DNA of 64,000 nucleotides, taken from contig CAWAOD010000005.1 in the NCBI GenBank assembly GCA_963783575.1, positions 256,001-320,000 of the forward strand. The letters run 5' to 3'. The stretch is from an uncultured Spirochaetota bacterium. Its GTDB lineage: Bacteria > Spirochaetota > Brevinematia > Brevinematales > JAOACQ01. Under the pieces are notes generated by a model. The model had not been told where the DNA came from and did no database searches. It was given only the letters and a program-made list of their open reading frames with translations. Shown one piece after another: positions 1-9,100 of the stretch (position 1 is its first letter; the number at the start of each line of letters is the position of its first letter). The translations under genes and the position numbers were made by a program.

Positions 1-1290
1 ACTTTGTTTTTTCTATTATTTATATCAATTGAAAGTTGTACAATAAAAAGCATTGATGTACCGAAAGTAATGGAAAATGCCAATTATCCCGGTAATAGCG
101 ACATGTCTTTCGATGTATGGGCATTATCAGCGGTAGTTAGCCCCGGTGATGATTACAATCCAATAAAATTCGGTTTTTATACCCCATTTCCTTTTAATGG
201 AATAGATATTACTATATCAGGACCAGGTTTTTATAAATATTCTTTTCAAGAAAGTGATTACGGACAATCCGGAAATTTTTTATGGTATGGGACGGACAAG
301 GATCCTAGTGAGGATTTAAATGATCCAACTAAGATTGAATATGGAAATAAACAGCCTGAAGGATTTTATAGAGCTGAATTCAATCTTTGGCCTCGTTTTT
401 CGGACTATAGAGTGATAGAAAGAACATGGTTTTATTTAAGCCGAAATGCAAATCTAACAGTAGGTGCCAGTTCTGATGATGACTTACCGGGCGATAATTT
501 CTCTGGTCTTGTAGTTGAACCGAATTGCGATCCTGATGTAACGTATGTTTATACTATTAAATTATTCTGGCTAGGCGGAGGTTCCGATGATAGTGTAAAT
601 ATTACAACTTCTATATATTCAGAGTATGGTTCGGGAGGTCACAATCATACTGTTCCCACCGGTACAATTGCCCCAACAAGTACAATCGGGGGAGGTAATG
701 GAACAGTTTTTTTTGAGTATACACCTCCCGCATATGGAGGGAGGGAAACTCTTTTTTTTGATGTGTTCTATAAAAAATGTCATAATGTCGCCGGATTAAG
801 AATAGATATTAAAAACCAGGATGCGGATGATTTTCAAAAATTGCCTATTGACGGCACCGGATACCTGTCCAGTGGTGGAACAGCCTCGCATCTTGGCCCC
901 ACCGCAGTTTCCGGTAATCCGGATGCAAGGCCGATAGACTTCAATCACTGGGGGGTGGCGGGGTTTGTTGATTTTTTACCCGGTCTAGGGGTATCATTTA
1001 ATAATCAATTTAAACAATTATTGCATTTCAACGATATGTCATTACCTTATGGTGGAAAATTTCATACAGAAATGTATTCCGGTAATGAAGACCATGATAA
1101 GGGAACATCCTGTGATACCTGGTATGATGGAATTGGAAATTTAGATGATGCTGATGATTCTAGATATAAGACAATTAAAATAATAATAAATAATAATAAT
1201 CCATCTGGAGGTATTCATGATGAAAGAAATAAACCGGGCATAAAACCTCACCTCCATCTTATGTGGAACAATGGAGGAGTCAATAATTAA
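1..1290 (+). CDS. Exported protein with C-terminal LAS-type (MepA/M74- or M15-like) zinc metallopeptidase domain; possibly 5'-truncated at the window edge
   Basis: Frame is open from base 1. Hydrophobic N-terminus ends ...ISIESC (possible signal/lipobox). C-terminus has FNDMSLPYGG...H-DKGTSC-D (H-x6-D) and PHLHL (HxH), the zinc-ligand pattern of LAS peptidoglycan peptidases. Confidence 0.6.
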   Translation, partial: TLFFLLFISIESCTIKSIDVPKVMENANYPGNSDMSFDVWALSAVVSPGDDYNPIKFGFYTPFPFNGIDITISGPGFYKYSFQESDYGQSGNFLWYGTDKDPSEDLNDPTKIEYGNKQPEGFYRAEFNLWPRFSDYRVIERTWFYLSRNANLTVGASSDDDLPGDNFSGLVVEPNCDPDVTYVYTIKLFWLGGGSDDSVNITTSIYSEYGSGGHNHTVPTGTIAPTSTIGGGNGTVFFEYTPPAYGGRETLFFDVFYKKCHNVAGLRIDIKNQDADDFQKLPIDGTGYLSSGGTASHLGPTAVSGNPDARPIDFNHWGVAGFVDFLPGLGVSFNNQFKQLLHFNDMSLPYGGKFHTEMYSGNEDHDKGTSCDTWYDGIGNLDDADDSRYKTIKIIINNNNPSGGIHDERNKPGIKPHLHLMWNNGGVNN

Positions 1291-1322
1291 TAGTTAACAA
1301 TTTATAAATTTTAGGAGGATTT

Positions 1323-2615
1323 ATGGATATACATTTAAGAAAGGTTATGATAATTTTAACTTTAATATTAATAATGATGAATATTGGTTTTGGAACAAGA
1401 AAGGAAGGAAAAAGCAAATATAATGAAATGTATAAGCAATACTGGAGTGAAGATAAATTCAAGGATAAACCCGAATATAAACAGCAATTTGAGATTTTAA
1501 AATCATTAAGAAATCAGTTAAAAGGGTTGGGATATAAAACTGCCGTTGAAGATTATAAAAATAAAATAGAACAGAAAAAGCAGATATATAAAAAAACCGG
1601 TAAATCGGAACAGGAAATAAAAAAAATGATAAATGAAGAACTTATTTTTGGGGAAAGTGAAATATTAAATAAAGAAAATGAAATAATCGATGCGAAAAAA
1701 GCAGAACCGAATAAAAAAATATTATCAATTAATAAAGGAAATATAAATGTTGGTAAATTAAACCCTGATATTATGAATAAAGTTATAAAAAAAGCTTCAG
1801 GATATTTTAGATCAGAACTGACAAAAGACGGTGACTTCCGATTTTATTACATGGATGATGAAGGAAATGAGGCATTTACTGTTTTTGAGCCGGGAAATAA
1901 AATAAATGCAATAGTATATGGAAAGATATTAAAAGAAGTTGATTATTTTACATATAATTATATTATAAATAATTTAAAGACAAGCAGCCAAAGTATAATA
2001 ATATTCGCCATTGATTACGGCAATTTTGGTAACATTAAAGAATTTTATTATAATAAAGAATATGTATTTATAAGTAAAAAAGTAATAACAAACAATGTAT
2101 TTTGCTGGTTACTATATAATAAAATAGCAATTCATCCATTAGATACTTCTGATAAAATATATATTAAGTCATCCGATAAACCCGGAATAATTAACTATTA
2201 TCTGGGAGGGAATGGTCAAGATCCTGATTCTCATGCGCCTTATATGCGACAAGACATTTTAGTCAATTCCGTATCAGGTAAAACCCTCGGCCCCGTCAAA
2301 CTCCCCTGGGAAGATACGAACTACGCAGCGCCGAATAAAACTACCGCTATGATTGATAGGCTTACGGGATATATGGGCGAAAGCTATGATGAAGGCTGGA
2401 TAGAGGATATTAATGTCCGCGACGATCTAACAAACCGGCTTGCTGAAATAAAGAATAATTATAAAGCGGGAAAAACATCAGAAGCTAAAGCAATATTACA
2501 GGGCATTCTGGATTATATCGAGCCGTATAAAGACACGGACAAAGTAATACTGAGTGAGGCTTATGGACTATTGAAGTACAATCTGGAGTATGTGAGAGAT
2601 GAATTGTTGAAATGA
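1323..2615 (+). CDS. Exported hypothetical protein, paralogue 1 of 3, with conserved C-terminal helical (FIMAH-like) domain
   Basis: AGGAGG RBS upstream, signal-peptide-like N-terminus. The last ~108 aa (GPVKLPWE...EYVRDELLK) are nearly identical to the next two ORFs. Confidence 0.8.
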   Translation: MDIHLRKVMIILTLILIMMNIGFGTRKEGKSKYNEMYKQYWSEDKFKDKPEYKQQFEILKSLRNQLKGLGYKTAVEDYKNKIEQKKQIYKKTGKSEQEIKKMINEELIFGESEILNKENEIIDAKKAEPNKKILSINKGNINVGKLNPDIMNKVIKKASGYFRSELTKDGDFRFYYMDDEGNEAFTVFEPGNKINAIVYGKILKEVDYFTYNYIINNLKTSSQSIIIFAIDYGNFGNIKEFYYNKEYVFISKKVITNNVFCWLLYNKIAIHPLDTSDKIYIKSSDKPGIINYYLGGNGQDPDSHAPYMRQDILVNSVSGKTLGPVKLPWEDTNYAAPNKTTAMIDRLTGYMGESYDEGWIEDINVRDDLTNRLAEIKNNYKAGKTSEAKAILQGILDYIEPYKDTDKVILSEAYGLLKYNLEYVRDELLK

Positions 2616-2740
2616 AAAAATATAATTTCGTTCCTTCCCGTCTTGTGGAAATTATAAGCAGGAAGATGGGAAGATTTATAATAAAGATTGGCAGGAAGAG
2701 TATGAATTTAAAATTATTATTAATTTTATTTATTTCATTT
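2287..2740 (+). repeat. Direct repeat copy 1 (~450 bp): 3' end of paralogue 1, intergenic hairpin, RBS and signal-peptide start of paralogue 2
   Basis: Aligns by eye with 3702-4156 and 5076-5473. Shared strings include GTCAAACTCCCCTGGGAAGA and CAGGGCATTCTGGATTA (all copies) and AAGATTGGCAGGAAGAGTATGAATTTAAAATTATTATTAAT (copies 1 and 2). Confidence 0.9.
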
Positions 2741-4030
2741 GTAGTTGTTTCATACGGTTACGGCAAAAGGAAAGAAATTACTTCTGATTTACTGATCAAT
2801 ACAACGAATTATTTTGTGAACCTGAAAAAATATTCATTGGAGATGGAAATACCGAAAGGTAAAATTAAGATTTATGATCACAAAAAACTGAATATAGATT
2901 ACAATAAAGAATATGATAATTTACTAAAGCGCCATTTGACCTCTACCAATTATAATAAGCGGTTGAATGAAAAAGAAAAGGAGAAAAAAGACGTTGATTT
3001 TTATAAAATGCATTTGACCAGGATAAATCAGTTCGCAAAGGAAGAAGTCCTGGCTGATGGAACAATAAAAGTCACATTGGCAACAAGAAAAACTAACAAT
3101 TGGTATGCTCAGGATTTTGGTAATAACATAGTATTTACTATTGGGTGTACGTTTGAAAAAATTACAAATGGAGTTAATAAATATAATTTTAATGTTGCAA
3201 ATGGCAAAAAAAGTAAATATCCTATATCAGAATTTATTGTGGAAGCTCCTTACGGTCGCCTTGAAAAAGTATATTATCCAGAGCCTGATGAAATATGGTG
3301 GAAAGGTTATAATACAAATGATCTTCAAAATCTTCCTACTCGTAATAATCTGAAAGTATTTCAATGGAATACATCTGATTCAAAATTAATAAAAGAAAAG
3401 TTTGGTAAAATTGATCGTAAATTAAGTCTTAAATTAGAAGAAAAGTTAAAAGAAGCGCAGTATGGGTGGGAAAAATATTGTGAAATAAATCCTATGCGGC
3501 CAGGAAATTCAATAGTTTTATCATTTGAATCAAAAGGAATCCCTGGTATCGTATCATGTTTTGCAATTGGAAGTAGTTCCAATCAGGTTATTCATTTTGG
3601 CGGTATAGGCTATATGAATGAAGGCGATCCGGGTTTTATCCTTCCGAGGTCGAGAAATAGATTGGGAAATGGAGATAGCGCTTTTCTTGAGGCCAATACA
3701 ATCGGCCCTGTCAAACTCCCCTGGGAAGAGACGAACTACACAGCGCCGAATAAAACCGCTGCCATGATCGACCGGCTTACGGAGTATATGGACGAAAGCT
3801 TTACAGAGGGCTGGATTGAAGACATCAATGTCCGCGACGACCTCACAAACCGCCTAGCTGGAATTGAGAACAATTATAAAGCGGGGAAGACATCAGAAGC
3901 TAAAGCAGTATTACAGGGCATTCTGGATTATATCGAGCCGTATAAAGACACGGACAAAGTTATACTGACAGAGGCTTATGGGCTGTTGAAAAACAACCTG
4001 GAGTATGTGAGGGACGAATTGCTGAAATGA
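2702..4030 (+). CDS. Exported hypothetical protein, paralogue 2 of 3 (divergent body, conserved C-terminal FIMAH-like domain)
   Basis: Start moved from 2612 to ATG 2702, after GGCAGGAAGAGT, giving the signal peptide MNLKLLLILFISFVVVSYGYG. Same C-terminal domain as its neighbours. Confidence 0.8.
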   Translation: MNLKLLLILFISFVVVSYGYGKRKEITSDLLINTTNYFVNLKKYSLEMEIPKGKIKIYDHKKLNIDYNKEYDNLLKRHLTSTNYNKRLNEKEKEKKDVDFYKMHLTRINQFAKEEVLADGTIKVTLATRKTNNWYAQDFGNNIVFTIGCTFEKITNGVNKYNFNVANGKKSKYPISEFIVEAPYGRLEKVYYPEPDEIWWKGYNTNDLQNLPTRNNLKVFQWNTSDSKLIKEKFGKIDRKLSLKLEEKLKEAQYGWEKYCEINPMRPGNSIVLSFESKGIPGIVSCFAIGSSSNQVIHFGGIGYMNEGDPGFILPRSRNRLGNGDSAFLEANTIGPVKLPWEETNYTAPNKTAAMIDRLTEYMDESFTEGWIEDINVRDDLTNRLAGIENNYKAGKTSEAKAVLQGILDYIEPYKDTDKVILTEAYGLLKNNLEYVRDELLK

Positions 4031-4156
4031 AAAAATATAATTTCGTTCCTTCCCGTCTTCCTGTGGAAATTATAAGCAGGAATGGGAAGATTTATAATAA
4101 AGATTGGCAGGAAGAGTATGAATTTAAAATTATTATTAATTTTATTTGTTTCATTT
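3702..4156 (+). repeat. Direct repeat copy 2
   Basis: Offset 1415 bp from copy 1, with the same composition. Confidence 0.9.
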
Positions 4157-5404
4157 TTATTTGTCGCTCATATTTATAGCGAAAGAAAAGAAGGAAGTTC
4201 CCAATATAATGAGAAATATAAGCAATACTGGAATTACGATAAGTATGCAAATCAACCGGAGTTTAAAAAATATATTCATACTTTGACCAATCTGCAAAAA
4301 GCGATAAAAGCGGAAGGATATAAATCCAGAACGGAAAAACTGAAAATCGAAAAGGACAAATATATTAGCAGCTTAAAACAAAAAGGAAAGTCGGAAAAGG
4401 AAATAAAAAATATGATATCTGAAAATTTTATCCCCCCAAATAGCGAGATAAATAAAAAATTATTCGAGACCATTAATGCTATGAAAAATAAAGATAAGAA
4501 GGAATATTCAGGTTTATTACAGAAAATTAAAATAAATTCTGATAGTATTGACCCGGAAACTTTAGATAAAGTTTGGAAAGAAGCTGCCGGAGAATTTTAT
4601 AGATCGGAATTAACAAAGGATGGGGATTTCCGATTTTATTATATCGACGATGAAGGGAATGAAACATTTACAACGATTGTTCCCGCTAATAAAGTTAATG
4701 CTCTAGTAAAAAGTACAATTTCTAATGATGGTACCAATTATAAATATCAGTATGAAGTGATTAACTTAAAAAATAGCAAACAGGCTATTTTAGGATTTTC
4801 TATAGAATATCAAAAAATCCTACTTGACTATTATTATGATAGAAATAAAATAATTTTTTTAACTACAAATGTATTAAAAACTAATATGATACAATGGGCA
4901 ATGGAAATTATTCATATTATTGTTCAAAACAGTACTATGAATGATTTTTATACAATATCATTAGGTATTCCAGGAATAGAAAAATACTATATTGAAGGTC
5001 TCGGAAAAGAAGGAAATTCTCATTCTCCATATTTAAGGCAGGATACTTTTGTTAATTCCGTATCCGGTAAAACCCTCGGTCCCGTCAAACTCCCCTGGGA
5101 AGAAACGAACTACACTGCGCCGAATAAAACCTCCGCTATGATCGACCGGCTTCTTGGATATATGGACGAAAGCTTCAATGAAGGCTGGATAGAAGATGTA
5201 AATGTTCGCGACGATCTCACAAACCGGCTTTCAGAAATAAAGAACAATTATAAAGCGGGGAAAATATCGGAAGCTAAAGCTGTATTGCAGGGCATTCTGG
5301 ATTACATTGAGCCTTACAAAGACACGGACAAAGTGATACTGAGTGAGGCTTATGGACTATTGAAGTACAATCTGGAGTATGTGAGGGATGAATTGTTGAA
5401 GTAA
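4118..5404 (+). CDS. Exported hypothetical protein, paralogue 3 of 3
   Basis: Start moved to ATG 4118 (MNLKLLLILFVSF...). Body resembles paralogue 1 (RKEG..YNE.YKQYW, RSELTKDGDFRFYY.DDEGNE, SH.PY.RQD..VNSVSGKTLGPVK). Confidence 0.8.
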   Translation: MNLKLLLILFVSFLFVAHIYSERKEGSSQYNEKYKQYWNYDKYANQPEFKKYIHTLTNLQKAIKAEGYKSRTEKLKIEKDKYISSLKQKGKSEKEIKNMISENFIPPNSEINKKLFETINAMKNKDKKEYSGLLQKIKINSDSIDPETLDKVWKEAAGEFYRSELTKDGDFRFYYIDDEGNETFTTIVPANKVNALVKSTISNDGTNYKYQYEVINLKNSKQAILGFSIEYQKILLDYYYDRNKIIFLTTNVLKTNMIQWAMEIIHIIVQNSTMNDFYTISLGIPGIEKYYIEGLGKEGNSHSPYLRQDTFVNSVSGKTLGPVKLPWEETNYTAPNKTSAMIDRLLGYMDESFNEGWIEDVNVRDDLTNRLSEIKNNYKAGKISEAKAVLQGILDYIEPYKDTDKVILSEAYGLLKYNLEYVRDELLK

Positions 5405-5473
5405 AAACATTACAACTTCGTACCTTCCCGTCTTCCTTTAAAATTATAAACAGGAAGGATGGAAGGCGGGAAG
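5076..5473 (+). repeat. Direct repeat copy 3 (ends after the hairpin; no downstream signal-peptide portion)
   Basis: Offset 1374 bp from copy 2. Similarity is lost after GGAAGGCGGGAAG at 5473. Confidence 0.85.
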
Positions 5474-5527
5474 TAAATAGAATATTCAATTTTATCCATT
5501 GAAATTATGTTAAGGAGAGTATAATCT

Positions 5528-6066
5528 ATGGAAAAGATTTTTTGTTTGATTCTTCTGCTTTTCTTTATTTCCGGATGAAGTATGAATCAAAGCACAGTAT
5601 CAAGCTCATCATCATCACCAAATTCATCATCCAGCGTCGGCAGTATTGATCCGGCAATTATTTCCAACTTAACCGGATGCTGGGTTATGACCGGCATCAT
5701 TCATGTAATGAATTTTACAAATAATGTAATTTTAACTGATTATTGCTACACTAATTCCAACGCGGATTTTTACAACTTTTACAGCGACGGAACATATACA
5801 AACACCGGTTATATGGGTTATTGGTTTATCAATCAGGATAAACTGGAGCTGACAAATAATCAGAATGATCAATTGGCTACTTTTTCATTTCCGTCAGTTT
5901 CAAACATGTCATGGTCATATGTGCGTATTTTAAAGAGAATGGTATCGTCACAGATTACAGCCGTTTTGATTACTGGACAAATATAACAACAGCATTACTT
6001 GGACCGTTTATTACGGATAAAATCATATCAAGATGGGAAGAGTTGGATTTTAATAAAACGAATTGA
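5528..6066 (+). pseudogene. Disrupted lipoprotein with Ser-rich linker and lipocalin-like beta domain (in-frame TGA at the lipobox Cys position; probable frameshift near 5921)
   Basis: AAGGAGAG RBS, then ATG 5528 MEKIFCLILLLFFISG-TGA(5576-5578)-SMNQSTVSSSSSS, in frame with ORF 5582-5986. Motifs LTGCW, FYSDGTY, GYW...DKLELT. An alternative frame is open from 5842 to a stop at 6064-6066. Confidence 0.6.
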
Positions 6067-6078
6067 ATGATAAGTTCT

Positions 6079-6116
6079 CCCCTTCTCCACTTGTGGAGAA
6101 GGGGTTGGGGATGAGG
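6079..6116. repeat. GC-rich REP-like palindrome
   Basis: CCCCTTCTCCAC-TT-GTGGAGAAGGGG (6079-6104) is a perfect 12-bp inverted repeat, followed by TTGGGGATGAGG. Confidence 0.65.
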
Positions 6117-6155
6117 CTGAAAATCAATAATAAAGATATCAATTGGAGGCTGAAA

Positions 6156-9100
6156 ATGAAAATAGCATCAACTCCTCTGTGTTTTTTATTAATTTTTATT
6201 TCAAATGTATCATTTTCGATAAACTTGCAGGGGAATATAATCCAGGTTGATAAAAAAATAGACCAATCTTATGTTCAGGGATATACTTTTCAAAAAGTTT
6301 ATGATTCTCCAAAGGGTATTGCATTATGGTTGCTCGATGACAATCAAAAATTTTATAGTGTGGATAGCGATCAAAACTTTAAACAACTGATGTGGGGAGG
6401 CGGTGGTAGTATTAATGATTATGCAAGAAAAGTTATAGATTTGGATGTTCCTTGGGGGTTAGCATGTTCTACCAATGCAGTAAATATATATATCAGTGAT
6501 ATTAATTCTCATCATATTATTAAATATACTCGAAATAGTAATGGTATTGATTTTTATTCAAAAATTGGTACTTATGGTACAGGTTGGGGACAATTCAATC
6601 GACCTAGCGGGATTGCAGTAAGACAATATAAAAAAATGGATTTATTATATGTTATAGAAGCTGGAAATAACCGGCTTCAAGCTTTTTTAAATGACAACCT
6701 ATTTAAAATAGATAGTGATAATTTTAATTGTTTTAATTTAAATAACTCGGAACCAATGGGAATTACAATAATAGTAACCGATGAAACAAATTATAAAAAG
6801 GATAAAATCATTGTAAGCGATACATATGGAAATATTTGTTCTTATACTTATAATCATGATGTAATAAATCATTCAGGAAATCATATTTTATATATCGGCC
6901 TTGAAAAATCCCTCAACCTCAGTTCCATCGTTCCCAACGCCTCACTCTACGGAATAGCCATCGATGAATACAATCACATATTTGTTGTTGACAACGCCAA
7001 TACTCAGATCCATATTCTTGACCAAAACCTGAACTATCTTTTCAGCTACAATATGGCCGCAGACGGCATATGGTCTCCATGGTACATCGACATCTGGAAG
7101 CCGACGGGTAGGCTTGCCCTGACATGGGGAGGTTCCGGGACAAAACCGGATACAAACGACGGGGGCGGGATGGTTTACTGGATCGGCGCGAAGGTCTTCG
7201 GACTGAATACCGTGAATCCGCTTTTTTCGCCGCTCAGCCCGGATCAAAATACCTGCAAGGTTCAATACCGGCTTTTTACGCCGTCCAAAGTGACCGTGAC
7301 GGTTGAAGACCAGTCCGGTAATGCAGTCGCCCAGATTGAAAACGAGGCTTATAAAGATATAACCTCCGGCGATTCTTTCGAAACCGTCTGGAACGGCCTT
7401 GACGGTGACGGCAACCCGGTAACACCGGGAAATTACAAAATCAGGATAAAAGCCGACAGCCTTTACGGCGCTTATAGTTCGGATGAGGCTTCGGCGGATG
7501 TTTCCATTTCCATCCCCCTGGCAATCAATATAACAGGTATCGATCCTTCAGTAATCGATTCGCAGAACGGCACTGCCGTTGTTAATTACGGATACAACTA
7601 CGCGCCGGTAAGCATGAGCGCTTATGTGGAAAAGCAGGATGGGAGCGGCTGGACAATAATAAGGACGCTTTTTCAGAACAGCACGGCTTTTACGGGAAGC
7701 GTAAGCTGGAATGGTAAGCTTGACAGCGGAGCGAACGCGCCGGATGACGTTTATAGAATAAGGCTTACGGGTAAGGACAATTCAGGGATAACATCGGAAT
7801 CCATATGCATGGTTGTAGTTAACCGCCAGCCCATTGTACTTTTAGTTGATAACCCGGTTTTAACCGTAATGAACCCGAACAACCCGGCTTATAATAATAA
7901 TTCCATCATTTTTAACATAAGTAAACCGGCTAAGGTTGATATTGTTATAGACGACGCAGCAGGTAATTTAAAGAAAACCCTGCAGACCGGAATATCCTGC
8001 CCGGCAGGTGATAACAATGTCAGTTTTGACGCCGGCGGACTGGAGAACGGATCGTATAAAGTCGTAGTAACAGCCACACATGTTGTGACAGGCAATGTAC
8101 GTCAGGGAGAATCCCCTTTTTCAGTGGATACGATAGCTCCCGGAATTGTGATCAACAACCTTGATAATCCTTATATTTCACCGGATGAGGCTTCAAGTCC
8201 GAACATAAAAGACTCTGTTTCATTCAGCTTTACGGCCGATGAAAATTCAACCGCGGATGTTTCAATCATTAACAATGGCGGATCGATAGTCAAAAATATT
8301 TTTCAACAGCAGGTTATGACCCCTAACAATTCAATGCCGCTTAACTGGGACGGCAGGGACGATTCCGGTAATGTTGTACCTGACGGGGATTACAGGATTT
8401 TTGTTAAAGCTGTGGATTCGGTTGGGAATGTAGGATTAAAATATAATAAAGTGGTCGTAGATGATAACAATTCTGTTGAAAATATAAATTATATCGCGTC
8501 AACATCATTGATTATGAATATGACGGAAAATGATTTTAATTTTTACTGGTCCAGGCAATATAAAAAATATGTCTGGGTTAATACAAACTTGTTCAGCATA
8601 GTTTTGTCTGGGGAAGACGGAAATAACATTAAGACAATCCAGGGGTCGGGATCTTATACAATTAATGGTATATTATCGCCAAAAGAAAATTTTTATGGGG
8701 TTCTTGTTTGTACTAATTTTTACTTTAATGAATTTGAAGAGATAATATGTATTTATAGATTTCTTGATATTGCCGGTGAAAATCTAAGTGAAAATGAATT
8801 AACTAATATCTATCCTTCTGGCAAATATGAACTTGAAAATTCTATTTATATGCCATATTCCTTTAAAATTAATCAAGGCATAATGGAGAATAAAATAATT
8901 TTTGATAGTAGCTGGATAAACTATGGTAACTATAATGATCCATATCATATAAGTATAGGTATAAGAGATATTTTAAATACATCATATGAATATTTTGCAG
9001 ATTATGAAGATAGTCGTGAGCATAGTCTTGATTATCCTATCAATATTGGTTTTTTAACAAGCTCACCGGATGATAATTATATTATTTGGTCATGTTCTTA

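Noticed and set aside
2612..2701. N-terminal extensions given by the ORF track for ORFs at 2612, 4082 and 6063
   Set aside because: They run through hairpins/repeats. Downstream ATGs (2702, 4118, 6156) have RBSs and give proper signal peptides.
2287..5473. Diversity-generating retroelement (TR/VR pairs)
   Set aside because: Differences between repeat copies are mostly synonymous and involve all bases, not adenine-specific. No reverse transcriptase is in the window.
2616..5480. Integron attC cassette array or CRISPR array
   Set aside because: The hairpins lack RYYYAAC/GTTRRRY boxes, there is no integrase or cas gene, and the repeats are hundreds of bp long and include coding sequence.
6030..6041. 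AAGATGGGAAG as a fourth copy of the intergenic hairpin
   Set aside because: Only the right arm is present, and it probably lies in coding sequence (SRWEE) of the frameshifted lipoprotein tail.
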